Assembly (NCBI GenBank): GCA_964016885.1
Contig: OZ024742.1
Coordinates: 163,556,001-163,620,000 of the forward strand
Length of the DNA: 64,000 bases
Source: Eledone cirrhosa
Lineage: Eukaryota
Direction of reading: 5' to 3'
Positions 38,701-53,700 of this stretch are shown piece after piece; within the stretch, counting starts at the first letter, position 1; every line of letters begins with the position of its first letter. Position numbers and translations under genes: made by a program. Below the pieces are notes generated by a model. That model searched no databases. It saw nothing but the letters and a program-made list of their open reading frames with translations, and was not told the origin of the DNA.

Positions 38701-41700
38701 CAAATTATCTCCCCCTGATTTTTTTTTACGAATTATCTCCCCCTGATTTTTTTTACAAATTATCTCCGCCTGATTTTTTTAAAAAAATTATCTCCCCTTG
38801 GACGGCTGGAAATTATCTCCCCTTGATTTTTTTTACAAATTATCTCCCCCTGATTTTTTTTACAAATTATCTCCCCCTGATTTTTTTTTACAAATTATCT
38901 CCCCCTGATTTTTTTTTTACAAATTATCTCCGCCTGATTTTTTAAAAAAATTATCTCCCCCTGATTTTTTTTTACAAATTATCTCCCCCTGATTTTTTTT
39001 CTACAAATTATCTCCCCCTGATTTTTTTACAAATTATCTCCCCCTGATTTTTTTTACAATATCCGCCCGATTTTTTTAAAAATTATCTTCCCTTGGCTGG
39101 CGGGAAATTATCTCCCCTTGGACGGCTGGAAATTATCTCCCCTTGGACGGCTAGATATTACCTCCCCTTGGACGGCTGGAAATTATCTCCCCTTGATTTT
39201 TTTTACAAATTATCTCCCCCTGATTTTTTTTACAAATTATCTCCCCCTGATTTTTTTACAAATTATCTCCCCATGATTTTTCTACAAATTATCTCCGCCT
39301 AATTTTTTTAAATATTATCTTCCCTTGGCTGGCGGGAAATTATCTCCCCTTGGACGGCTGAAAATTATCTCCCCTTGGACGGCTGGAAATTATCTCCCCT
39401 TGATTTTTTTACAAATTATCTCCCCCTGATTATTTTTTACAAATTATCTCCCCCTGATTTTTTTTTACAAATTATCTCCCTCTGATTTTTTTTACAAATT
39501 ATCTCCCCCTGATTTTTTTACAAATTATCTTCCCTTGGCTGGCGGGAAATTATCTCCCCTTGGACGGCTGGAAATTATCTCCCCTTGGAAGGATGGAAAT
39601 TATCTCCCCTTGGACGGCTGGAAATTATCTCCCCTTGCACGGCTGGAAATTATCTCCCCTTGGACAGCTGGAAATTATCTGCCCTTGATTTTGTTTTTAC
39701 AAATTATCTCCACCTGATTTTTTAAAAAATTATCTCCCCTTGGACGGCTGGAAATTATCTCCCCTTGGACGGCTAGAAATTATCTCTCTTTGGACGGCTG
39801 GAAATTATCTCCCTTTGATTTTTTTTACAAATTTCCCCCTGATTTTTTAAAAAAAATTATCTCCCCTTCGCTGGCTGGAAATTATCTCCCCTTGGACACT
39901 GGAAATTATAGCCCCTTGGAGGGCTGGAAATTATCTTCCCTTGGACGGCTGGAAATTATCTCCCCTTGATTTTTTTTACAAATAATCTCCCCCTGATTTT
40001 TTTTTACAAATTATCTCCCCCTGATTTTTTTTTACAAATTATCTCCGCCTGATTTTTTTTTAAAATTATCTCTCCTTGGACGGCTGGAAATTATCTCCAC
40101 TTGATTTTTTTACAAATCATCTCCCCCTGATTTTTTTTTACAAATTATCTCCCCCTGATTTTTTTTTACAAATTATCTTCCCCTGATTTTTTTTTACAAA
40201 TTATCTCCCCCTGATTTTTTTTACAAATTATCTCCCCATGATTTTTTTACAAATTATCTCCCCTTGGCTGGCTGGAAATTATCTCCCCTTGGAGGCTGGA
40301 ATTTATCTCCCCTTGGACGGCTAGAAATTACCTCTCCTTGGACGGCTGGAAAATATGTCTCCTTGGACGGCTGGATATTATCTACCCTTGGACGGCTGGA
40401 AATTATCTCCCCTTGGACGGCTGGAAATTATCTCCCCTTGGACGGCTAGATATTACCTCCCCTTGGACGGCTGGAAATTATCTCCCCTTGATTTTTTTTA
40501 CAAATTATCTCCCCCTGATTTTTTTTACAAATTATCTCCCCCTGATTTTTTTACAAATTATCTCCCCATGATTTTTCTACAAATTATCTCCGCCTAATTT
40601 TTTTAAATATTATCTTCCCTTGGCTGGCGGGAAATTATCTCCCCTTGGACGGCTGAAAATTATCTCCCCTTGGACGGCTGGAAATTATCTCCCCTTGATT
40701 TTTTTACAAATTATCTCCCCCTGATTATTTTTTACAAATTATCTCCCCCTGATTTTTTTTTACAAATTATCTCCCTCTGATTTTTTTTACAAATTATCTC
40801 CCCCTGATTTTTTTACAAATTATCGCCCCTTGGCTGGCTGGAAATTATCTCCCCTTGGAAGCTGGAATTTATCACCCCTTGGACGGTTAGAAATTACCTC
40901 TCCTTGGACGGCTGGAAAATATGTCTCCTTGGACGGCTGGAAATTATCTCCCCTTGGACGGCTGGAAATTATCTCTCCTCGGACGGCTAGAAATTACCTC
41001 TCCTTGGACGGCTGAAAATTATCTCCCCTTGGACGGCTGGAAATTATCTCCCCTTGATTTTTTTTACAAATTATCTCCCCCTGATTTTTTTTTACAAATT
41101 ATCTTCCCCTGATTTTTTTTTACAAATTATCTCCCCCTGATTTTTTTTTACAAATTATCTCCCCCTGATATTTTTTACAAATTATCTCCCCCTGATTTTT
41201 TTACAAATTATCTCCCCTTGGCTGGCTGGAAATTATCTCCCCTTGGAGGCTGGAATTTATCTCCCCTTGGACGGCTAGAAATTACCTCGCCTTGGACGGC
41301 TGGAAAATATGTCTCCTTGGACGGCTGGAAATTATCTCCCCTTGGACGGCTGGAAATTATCTCCCCTTGGACGGCTAGATATTACCTCCCCTTGGACGGC
41401 TGGAAATTATCTCCCCTTGATTTTTTTTTACAAATTGTCTCCCCCTGATTTTTTTTTACAAATTATCTCCCCCTGATTTTTTTTTACGAATTATCTCCCC
41501 CTGATTTTTTTTACAAATTATCTCCGCCTGATTTTTTTAAAAAAATTATCTCCCCTTGGACGGCTGGAAATTATCTCCCCTTGATTTTTTTTACAAATTA
41601 TCTCCCCCTGATTTTTTTTTACAAATTATCTCCCCCTGATTTTTTTTTACAAATTATCTACCCCTGATTTTTTTTTACAAATTATCTCCCCCTGATTTTT

Positions 41701-44700
41701 TTTACAAATTATCTCCCCCTGATTTTTTTTTTACAAATTATCTTCGCCTGATTTTTTTAAAAAAATTATCTCCCCTTGGACGGCTGGAAATTATCTCCCC
41801 TTGGACGGCTGGAAATTATCTCCCCTTGGACGGCTAGAAATTACCTCTACTTGGACGGCTGAAAATTATCTCCCCTTGGACGGCTGCAAATTATCTCCCC
41901 TTGATTTTTTTTACAAATTATCTCCCCCTGATTTTTTTTTACAAATTATCTCCCCTTGATTTTTTTTCTACAAATTATCTCCCCCTGATTTTTTTTACAA
42001 TCTCCGCCTGATTTTTTAAAAAATTATCTTCCCTTGGCTGGCGGGAAATTATCTCCCCTTGGACGGCTGGAAATTATCTCCCCTTGGAAGGATGGAAATT
42101 ATCTCCCCTTGGACGGCTGGAAATTATCTCCCCTTGCACGGCTGGAAATTATCTCCCCTTGGACAGCTGGAAATTATCTGCCCTTGATTTTGTTTTTACA
42201 AATTATCTCCCCCTGATTTTTTTTACAAATTATCTCCACCTGATTTTTTAAAAAATTATCTCCCCTTGGACGGCTGGAAATTATCTCCCCTTGGCTGGAA
42301 ATTATCTCTACTTGGACGGCTGGAAATTATCTCCCTTTGATTTTTTTTACAAATTATCTCCCTCTGAATTTTTACAAATTTCCCCCTGATTTAAAAAAAA
42401 AAATTATCTCCCCTTCGCTGGCTGGAAATTATCTCCCCTTGGACACTGGAAATTATAGCCCCTTGGAGGGCTGGAAATTATCTTCCCTTGGACGGCTGGA
42501 AATTATCTCCCCTTGATTTTTTTTACAAATTATCTCCCCCTGATTTTTTTTTACAAATTATCTACCCCTGATTTTTTTTTACAAATTATCTCCCCCTGAT
42601 TTTTTTTACAAATTATCTCCCCCTGATTTTTTTTACAAATTATCTCCCCCTGATTTTTTTACAAATTATCTCCCCCTGATTATTTTTTACAAATTATCTC
42701 CCCCTGATTTTTTTTACAAATTATCTCCCCCTGATTTTTTTTACAAATTATCTCCCCCTGATTTTTTTTTTACAAGTTATCTCCGCCTGATTTTTTTTAC
42801 AAATTATCTCCCCCTGATTTTTTTACAAATTATCTCCCCCTGATTTTTTTTACAAATTATCTCCGCCTAATTTTTTTAAATATTATCTTCCCTTGGCTGG
42901 CGGGAAATTATCTCCCCTTGGACGGCTAGAAATTACCTCTCCTTGGACGACTGAAAATTATCTCCCCTTGGACAGCTGCAAATTATCTCCCCTTGATTTT
43001 TTTTACAAATTATCTCCGCCTGATTTTTTTTTTAAAATTATCTCCCCTTGGACGGCTGGAAATTATCTCCCCTTGGACGGCTGGAAATTGTCTCCCCTTG
43101 GACGGCTAGAAATTACCTCTCCTTGGACGGCTGAAAATTATCTCCCCTTGGACGGCTGGAAATTATCTCCCCTTGATTTTTTTACAAATTATCTCCGCCT
43201 GATATTTTTTTACAAATTATCTCCCCCTGATTTTTTTTTACAAATTATCTCCCCCTGATTTTTTTTTACAAATTATCGCCCCCTGATTTTTTTTTACAAA
43301 TTATCTTCCCCTGATTTTTTTTTTACAAATTATCTCCCCCTGATTTTTTTACAAATTATCTCCCCCTGATTTTTTTTACAATCTCCGCCTGATTTTTTTA
43401 AAAATTATCTTCCCTTGGCTGGCGGGAAATTATCTCCCCTTGGACGGCTGGAAATTATCTCCCCTTGTACGGCTGGAAATTATCTCCCCTTGGACGGCTA
43501 GAAATTACCTCTCCTTGGACGGCTGAAAATTATCTCCCCTTGGACGGCTGCAAATTATCTCCCCTTGATTTTTTTTACAAATTATCTCCCCCTGATTTTT
43601 TTTTACAAATTATCTCCCCCTGATTTTTTTTTACAAATTATCTACCCCTGATTTTTTTTACAAATTATCTCCCCCTGATTTTTTTTTACAAATTATCTAA
43701 CCCTAATTTTTTTTTACAAATTATCTCCCCCTGATTTTTTTTTTACAAATTATCTCCCCCTGATTTTTTTACAAATTATCTCCCCCTGATTTTTTTTACA
43801 TTCTCCGCCTGAGTTTTTTAAAAATTATCTTCCCTTGGCTGGCGGGAAATTATCTCCCCTTGGACGGCTGGAAATTATCTCCCCTTGGAAGGATGGAAAT
43901 TATCTCCCCTTGGATGGCTGGAAATTATCTCCCCTTCCACGGCTGGAAATTATCTCCCCTTGGCTGGAAATTATCTCCCCTTGGACGGCTGAAAATTATC
44001 TCCCCTTGGACGGCTGGAAATTATCTCCCCCTGATTTTTTTTACAAATTATCTCCCCCTGATTTTTTTACAAATTATCTCCCCCTGATTTTTTTACAAAT
44101 TATCTCCCCTTGGCTGGCTGGAAATTATCTCCCATTGGAGGCTGGAATTTATCTCCCCTTGGACGGCTAGAAATTACCTCTCCTTGGACGGCTGGAAAAT
44201 ATGTCTCCTTGGACGGCTGGATATTATCTGCCCTTGGACGGCTGGAAATTATCTCCCCTTGGACGGCTGGAAATTATCTCCCCTTGGACGGCTAGATATT
44301 ACCTCCCCTTGGACGGCTGGAAATTATCTCCCCTTGATTTTTTTTACAAATTATCTCCCCCTGATTTTTTTACAAATTATCTCCCCCTGATTTTTTTTAC
44401 AATCTCCGCCTGATTTTTTAAAAAATTATCTTCCCTTGGCTGGCGGGAAATTATCTCGCCTTGGACGGCTGGAAATTATCTCCCCTTGGAAGGATGGAAA
44501 TTATCTCCCCTTGGACGGCTGGAAATTATCTCCCCTTGCACGGCTGAAAATTATCTCCCCTTGGACAGCTGGAAATTATCTGTCCTTGATTTTGTTTTTA
44601 TAAATTATCTCCCCCTGATTTTTTTTACAAATTATCTCCACCTGATTTTTTAAAAAATTATCTCCCCTTGGACGATCGGAAATTAACTCGCCTTGGCTCG

Positions 44701-47700
44701 AAATTATCTCCCCTTGGACGGCTAGAAATTATCTCTCTTTGGACGGCTGGAAATTATCTCCCTTTGATTTTTTTTACAAATTATCTCCCCCTGATTTTTT
44801 TTACAAATCTCCCCCTGATTTTTAAAAAAAAATTATCTCCCCTTCGCTGGCTGGAAATTATCTCCCCTTGGACACTGGAAATTATAGCCCCTTGGAGGGC
44901 TGGAAATTATCTTCCCTTGGACGGCTGGAAATTATCTCTCCTTGATTTTTTTTACAAATTATCTCCCCCTGATTTTTTTTTACAAATTATCTCCCCCTGA
45001 TATTTTTTTACAAATTATCTCCCCCTGATTTTTTTTACAAATTATCTCCACATGATTTTTTTAAAAAAATTATCTCCCCTTGGCCGGCTGGAAATTATCT
45101 CCCCTTGGACGGCTGGAAATTATCTCCCCTTGGACGACTAGAAATTATCTCTCCTTGGACGACTGAAAATTATCTCCCCTTGGACGGCTGCAAATTATCT
45201 CCCCTTGATTTTTTTTACAAATTATCTCCGCCTGATTTTTTTTTAAATTATCTCCCCTTGGACGGCTGGAAATTATCTCCCCTTGGACGGCTGGAAATTA
45301 TCTCCCCTTGGACGGCTAGAAATTACCTCTCCTTGGACGGCTGAAAATTATCTCCCCTTGATTTTTTTTACAAATTATCTCCCCCTGTTTTTTTTTTACA
45401 AATTATCTCCCCCTGATTTTTTTTTACAAATTATCTCCGCCTGATTTTTTTTTAAATTATATCTCCTTGGACGGCTGGAAATTATCTCCCCTTGATTTTT
45501 TTTACAAATTATCTCCCCCTGATTTTTTTTTACAAATTATCTCCCCCTGATTTTTTTTTACAAATTATCTAGCCCTGATTTTTTTTTACAAATTATCTCC
45601 CCCTGATTTTTTTACAAATTATCTCCCCCTGATTTTTTTTTTACAAATTATCTCCCCTTGATTTTTTAACAAATTATCTCCCCCTGATTTTTTTTACAAA
45701 TTATCTCCCCCTGATTTTTTTACAAATTATCTCCCCTTGGCTGGCTGGAAATTATCTCCCCTTGGACGGCTGAAAATTATCTCCCCTTGGACGGCTGGAA
45801 ATTATCTCCCCTTGATTTTTTTACAAATTATCTCCCCCTGATTTTTTTTTACAAATTATCTCCCCCTGATTTTTTTTTACAAATTATCTCCCCCTGATTT
45901 TTTTTTACAAATTATCTCCCCCTGATTTTTTTTACAAATTATCCCCCCCTGATTTTTTTACAAATTATCTCCCCTTGGCTGGCTGGAAATTATCTCCCCT
46001 TGGAGGCTGGAATTTATCTCCCCTTGGACGGCTAGAAATTACCTCTCCTTGGACGGCTGGAAAATATGTCTACTTGGACGGCTGGATATTATCTCCCCTT
46101 GGACGGCTGGAAATTATCTCCCCTTGGACCGCTAGATATTACCTCCCCTTGGACGGCTGGAAATTATCTCCCCTTGATTTTTTTTACAAATTATCTCCCC
46201 CTGATTTTTTTTACAAATCTCCCAATGATTTTTTTTAAAAAATTATCTCCCCTTCGCTGGCTGGAAATTATCTCCCCTTGGACGCTGGAAATTATAGCCC
46301 CTTGGAGGGCTGGAAATTATCTTCCCTTGGACGGCTGGAAATTATCTCCCCTTGATTTTTTTTACAAATTATCTCCGCCTGATTTTTCTTTTAAAATTAT
46401 CTCCCCTTGGACGGCTGGAAATTATCTCCCCTTGGACGGCTGGAAATTATCTCCCCTTGGACGGCTAGAAATTACCTCTCCTTGGACGGCTGAAAATTAT
46501 CTCCCCTTGGACGGCTGGAAATTATCTCCCCTTGATTTTTTTACAAATTATCTCCCCCTGATTTTTTTTTACAAATTATCTCCGCCTGATTTTTTTTTAA
46601 AATTATCTCTCCTTGGACGGCTGGAAATTATCTCCCCTTGATTTTTTTTACAAATTATCTCCCCCTGATTTTTTTTACAAATTATCTCCCCCTGATTTTT
46701 TTTTACAAATTATCTACCCCTGATTTTTTTTTACAAATTATCTCCCGCTGATTTTTTTTACAAATTATCTCCCCCTGATTTTTTTTTTACAAATTATCTC
46801 CCCCTGATTTTTTTACAAATTATCTCCCCTTGGCTGGCTGGAAATTATCTCCCCTTGGAGGCTGGAATTTATCTCCCCTTGGACGGCTAGAAATTACCTC
46901 TCCTTGGAAGGCTGGAAAATATGTCTCCTTGGACGGCTGGATATTATCTAGCCTTGGACGGCTGGAAATTGTCTCCCCTTGGACGGCTGGAAATTATCTC
47001 CCCTTCGACGGCTAGATATTACCTCCCCTTGGACGGCTGGAAATTATCTCCCCTTGATTTTTTTTACAAATTATCTCCCCCTGATTTTTTTTTACAAATT
47101 ATCTCCCCCTGATTTTTTTTTACAAATTATCTCCCCCTGATTTTTTTTTTACAAATTATCGCCCCCCTGATTTTTTTACAATCTCCGCCTGATTTTTTTA
47201 AAAATTATCTTCCCTTGGCTGGCGGGAAATTATCTCCCCTTGGACGGCTGGAAATTATATCCCCTTGGAAGGATGGAAATTATCTCCCCTTGGACGGCTG
47301 GAAATTATCTCCCCTTGGACGGCTGGAAATTACCTCCCCTTGGACAGCTGGAAATTATCTGCCCTTGATTTTGTTTTTACAAATTATCTCCCCCTGATTT
47401 TTTTTACAAATTATCTCCACCTGATTTTTTAAAAAATTATCTCCCCTTGGACGGCAGTAAATTATCTCTCCTTGGCTGGAAATGATCTCCCCTTGGACGG
47501 CTAGAAATTATCTCTATTTGGACGGCTGCAAATTATCTCCCTTTGATTTTTTTTACAAATTATCTCCCCCTGATTTTTTAAAAAAATTATCTATCCTTGG
47601 ACGGCTGGAAATTATCTCCCCTTGATTTTTTTTACAAATTATCTCCCCCTGATTTTTTTTTACAAATTATCTCCCCCTGATTTTTTTTTACAAATTATCT

Positions 47701-50700
47701 ACCCCTGATTTTTTTTTACAAATTATCTCCCCCTGATTTTTTTTACAAATTATCTCCCCCTGATTTTTTTACAAATTATCTTCCCCTGATTTTTTTACAA
47801 ATTATCTCCCCCTGATTTTTTTTACAAATTATCTCATCCTAATTTTTTTAAATATTATCTTCCCTTGGCTGGCGGGAAATTATCTCCCCTTGGACGGCTG
47901 AATATTATCTCCCCTTGGACGGCTGGAAATTATCTCCCCTTGATTTTTTTTACAAATTATCTCCCCCTGATTATTTTTTACAAATTATCTCCCCCTGATT
48001 TTTTTTACAAATTATCTCCCCCTGATTTTTTTACAAATTATCTCCCCTTGGCTGGCTGGAAATTATCTCCCCTTGGAGGCTGGAATTTATCTCCCCTTGG
48101 ACGGCTGGAAATTATCTCTCCTTGGACGGCTAGAAATTACCTCTCCTTGGACGGCTGGAAAATATGTCTCCTTGGACGGCTGGAAATTATCTCCCCTTCG
48201 ACGGCTGGAAATTATCTCCCCTTGGACGGCTGGAAATTATCTCTCCTTGGACGGCTAGAAATTACCTCTCCTTGGACGGCTGAAAATTATCTCCCCTTGG
48301 ACGGCTGGAAATTATCTCCCCTTGATTTTTTTTACAAATTATCTCCCCCTGATTATTTTTTACAAATTATCTCCCACTGATTTTTTTTTACAAATTATCT
48401 CCCCCTGATTTTTTTACAAATTATCTCCCCCTGATTTTTTTTACAAATTATCTCCGCCTAATTTTTTTAAATATTATCTTCCCTTGGCTGGCGGGAAATT
48501 ATCTCCCCTTGGACGGCTGAAAATTATCTCCCCTTGGACGGCTGGAAATTATCTCCCCTTGATTTTTTTTACAAATTATCTCCCCCTGATTATTTTTTAC
48601 AAATTATCTCCCCCTGATTTTTTTTTACAAATTATCTCCCCCTGATTTTTTTTACAAATTATCTCCCCCTGATTTTTTTACAAATTATCTCCCCTTGGCT
48701 GGCTGGAAATTATCTCCCCTTGGAGGCTGGAATTTATCTCCCCTTGGACGGCTGGAAATTATCTCTCCTTGGACGGCTAGAAATTACCTCTCCTTGGACG
48801 GCTGGAAAATATGTCTCATTGGACGGCTGGAAATTATCTCCCCTTGGACGGCTGGAAATTATCTCCCCTTGGACGGCTGGAAATTATCTCTCCTTGGACG
48901 GCTAGAAATTACCTCTCCTTGGACGGCTGAAAATTATCTCCCCTTGGACGGCTGGAAATTATCTCCCCTTGATTTTTGTTACAAATTATCTCCCCCTGAT
49001 TTTTTTTTACAAATTATCTCCCCGATTTTTTTTTACAAATTATCTCCCCCTGATATTTTTTTACAAATTATCTCCCCCTGATATTTTTTACAAATTATCT
49101 CCCCCTGATTTTTTTACAAATTATCTCCCCTTGGCTGGCTGGAAATTATCTCCCCTTGGACGGCTGCAAATTATCTCCCCTTGGACGGCTGGAAATTATC
49201 TCCCCTTGGACGGCTAGATATTACCTCCCCTTGGACGGCTGGAAATTATCTCCCCTTGATTTTTTTTACAAATTATCTCCCCCTGATTTTTTTTTACAAA
49301 TTATCTCCCCCTGATTTTTTTTTACAAATTATCCCCCCCTGATTTTTTTATTACAAATTATCTCCCCCCTGATTTTTTTACAATCTCCGCCTGATTTTTT
49401 TAAAAATTATCTTCCCTTGGCTGGCGGGAAATTATCTCCCCTTGGACGGCTGGAAATTATATCCCCTTGGAAGGATGGAAATTATCTCCCCTTGGACGGC
49501 TGGAAATTATCTCCCCTTGGACGGCTGGAAATTATCTCCCCTTGGACAGCTGGAAATTATCTGCCCTTGATTTTGTTTTTACAAATTATCTCCCCCTGAT
49601 TTTTTTTACAAATTATCTCCACCTGATTTTTTAAAAAATTATCTCCCCTTGGACGGCAGTAAATTATCTCTCCTTGGCTGGAAATTATCTCCCCTTGGAC
49701 GGCTAGAAATTATCTCTATTTGGACGGCTGGAAATTATCTCCCTTTGATTTTTTTTTACAAATTATCTCCCCCTGATTTTTTAAAAAAATTATCTCTCCT
49801 TGGACGGCTGGAAATTATATCCCCTTGATTTTTTTTACAAATTATCTCCCCCTGATTTTTTTTTACAAATTATCTCCCCCTGATTTTTTTTTACAAATTA
49901 TCTACCCCTGATTTTTTTTTACAAATTATCTCCCCCTGATTTTTTTTACAAATTATCTCCCCCTGATTTTTTTACAAATTATCTCCCCCTGATTTTTTTA
50001 CAAATTATCTCCCCCTGATTTTTTTTACAAATTATCTCCGCCTAATTTTTTTAAATATTATCTTCCCTTGACTGGCGGGAAATTATCTCGCCTTGGACGG
50101 CTGAATATTATCTCCCCTTGGACGGCTGGAAATTATCTCCCCTTGATTTTTTTTACAAATTATCTCCCCCTGATTATTTTTTACAAATTATCTCCCCCTG
50201 ATTTTTTTTTACAAATTATCTCCCCCTGATTTTTTTTACAAATTATCTCCCCCTGATTTTTTTACAAATTATCTCCCCTTGGCTGGCTGGAAATTATCTC
50301 CCCTTGGAGGCTGGAATTTATCTCCCCTTGGACGGCTGGAAATTATCTCTCCTTGGAAGGCTAGAAATTACCTCTCCTTGGACGGCTGGAAAATATGTCT
50401 CCTTGGACGGCTGGAAATTATCTCCCCTTGCACGGCTGGAAATTATCTCCCCTTGGACGGCTGGAAATTATCTCTCCTTGGACGGCTAGAAATTACCTCT
50501 CCTTGGACGGCTGAAAATTATCTCCCCTTGGACGGCTGGAAATTATCTCCCCTTGATTTTTGTTACAAATTATCTCCCCTGATTTTTTTTTACAAATTAT
50601 CTCCCCCTGATTTTTTTTTACAAATTATCTTCCCCTGATTTTTTATAACAAATTATCTCCCCCTGATATTTTTTACAAATTATCTCCCCCTGATTTTTTT

Positions 50701-53700
50701 ACAAAGTATCTCCCCTTGGCTGGCTGGAAATTATCTCCCCTTGGAGGCTGGAATTTATCTCCCCTTGGACGGTTAGAAATTACCTCTCCTTGGACGGCAA
50801 GAAAATATGTCTCCTTGGACGGCTGGAAATTATCTCCCCTTGGACGGCTGGAAATTATCTCCCCTTGGACGGCTGGAAATTATCTCCCCTTGGACGGCTA
50901 GATATTACCTCCCCTTGGACGGCTGGAAATTATCTCCCCTTGATTTTTTTTACAAATTATCTCCCCCTGATTTTTTTTACAAATTATCTCCCCCTGATTT
51001 TTTTACAAATTATCTCCCCCTGATTTTTTTACAAATTATCTCCCCCTGATTTTTTTTACAAATTATCTCCGCCTAATTTTTTTAAATATTATCTTCCCTT
51101 GGCTGGCGGGAAATTATCTCCCCTTGGACGGCTGAAAATTATCTCCCTTTGGACGGCTGGAAATTATCTCCCCTTGATTTTTTTTACAAATAAACTCCCC
51201 CTGATTATATTTTACAAATTATCTCCCCCTGATTTTTTTTACAAATTATCTCCCCCTGATTTTTTTACAAATTATCTCCCCTTGGCTGGCTGGAAATTAT
51301 CTCCCCTTGGAGGCTGGAATTTATCTCCCCTTGGACGGCTGGAAATTATCTCTCCTTGGACGGCTAGAAATTACCTCTCCTTGGACGGCTGGAAAATAAT
51401 TCTCCTTGGACGGCTGGAAATTATCTCCCCTTGCACGGCTGGAAATTATCTCCCCTTGGACGGCTGGAAATTATCTCTCCTTGGACGGCTAGAAATTACC
51501 TCTCCTTGGACGGCTGAAAATTATCTCCCCTTGGACGGCTGGAAATTATCTCCCCTTGATTTTTGTTACAAATTATCTCCCTCTGATTTTTTTTTTACAA
51601 ATTATCTCCCCCTGATTTTTTTTTACAAATTATCTCCCCCTGATATTTTTTACAAATTATCTCCCCCTGATTTTTTTACAAATTATCTCCCCTTGGCTGG
51701 CTGGAAATTATCTCCCCTTGGAGGCTGGAATTTATCTCCCCTTGGACGGTTAGAAATTACCTCTCCTTGGACGGCAAGAAAATATGTCTCCTTGGACGGC
51801 TGGAAATTATCTCCCCTTGGACGGCTGGAAATTATCTCCCCTTGGACGGCTGGAAATTATCTCCCCTTGGACGGCTAGATATTACCTCCCCTTGGACGGC
51901 TGGAAATTATCTCCCCTTGATTTTTTTTACAAATTATCTCCCCCTAATTTTTTTTACAAATTATCTCCCCCTGATTTTTTTTACGAATTATCTCCCCCTG
52001 ATTTTTTTTTACAAACTATCTCCGCCTGATTTTTTTTTAAAAATGATCTCCCCTTGGACGGCTGGAAATTATCTCCCCTTGGACGGCTGCAAATTATCTC
52101 CCCTTGATTTTTTTAACAAATTATCTCCCCCTGATTTTTTTTACAAATTATCTCCCCCTGATTTTTTTTACAAATTATCTACGCCTAATTTTTTTTACAA
52201 ATTATCTCCTGATTTTTTTTACAAATTATCTCCCCCTGATTTTTTTTTACAAATTATCTCCCCCTGATTTTTTTTTACAAATTATCTCCCCCCTGATTTT
52301 TTTTACAATCTCCGCCTGATTTTTTTAAAAATTATCTTCCCTTGGCTGGCGGGAAATTATCTCCCCTTGGACGGCTGGAAATTATATCCCCTTGGAAGGA
52401 TGGAAATTATCTCCCCTTGGACGGCTGGAAATTATCTCCCCTTGGACGGCTGGAAATTATCTCCCCTTGGACAGCTGGAAATTATCTGCCCTTGATTTTG
52501 TTTTTACAAATTATCTCCCCCTGATTTTTTTTACAAATTATCTCCACCTGATTTTTTAAAAAATTATCTCCCCTTGGACGGCAGTAAATTATCTCTCCTT
52601 GGCTGGAAATTATCTCCCCTTGGACGGCTAGAAATTATCTCTATTTGGACGGCTGGAAATTATCTCCCTTTGATTTTTTTTACAAATTATCTCCCCCTGA
52701 TTTTTTTTAAAAATTATATCTCCTTGGACGACTGGAAATTATCTCCCCTTGATTTTTTTTACAAATTATCTCCCCCTGATTTTTTTTTACAAATTATCTC
52801 CGCCTGATTTTTTTTTAAAAATTATCTCCCCTTGGACGGCTGGAAATTATCTCCCCTTGGACGGCTGGAAATTATCTCCCCTTGGACGGCTAGAAATTAC
52901 CTCTCCTTGGACGGCTGAAAATTATCTCCCCTTGGACGGCTGCAAATTATCTCCCCTTGATTTTTTTAACAAATTATCTCCCCCTGATTTTTTTTTACAA
53001 ATTATCTCCCCCTGATTTTTTTTTACAAATTATCTACGCCTAATTTTTTTTACAAATTATCTCCCCCTGATTTTTTTTTACAAATTATCTCCCCGTGATT
53101 TTTTTTACAAATTATCTCCCCCTGATTTTTTTTTACAAATTATCTCCGCCTGATTTTTTTTTAAAATTATCTCTGCTTGGACGGCTGGATATTATCTCCC
53201 CTTTCATTTTTTTTACAAATTATCTCCCCCTGATTTTTTTTTACAAATTATCTACCCCTGATTTTTTTTTACAAATTATCTCCCCCTGATTTTTTTTACA
53301 AATTATCTCCCCCTGATTTTTTTTTTACAAATTATTTCCCCCTGATTTTTTTACAAATTATCTGCCCCTGATTTTTTTTACAAATTATCTCCGCCTGATT
53401 TTTTTAAATATTATCTTACCTTGGCTGGCGGGAAATTATCTCTCCTTGGACGGCTGAAAATTATCTCCCCTTGGACGGCTGGAAATTATCTCCCCTTGAT
53501 TTTTTTTACAAATTATCTCCCCCTGATTTTTTTTTACAAATTATCTCCCCCTGATTTTTTTTTACAAATTATCTCCCCCTGATTTTTTTTTACAAATTAT
53601 CTCCCCCTGATTTTTTTTACAAATTATCTCCCCCTGATTTTTTTACAAATTATCTCCCCTTGGATGGCTGGAAATTATCTCCCCTTGGAGGCTGGAATTT

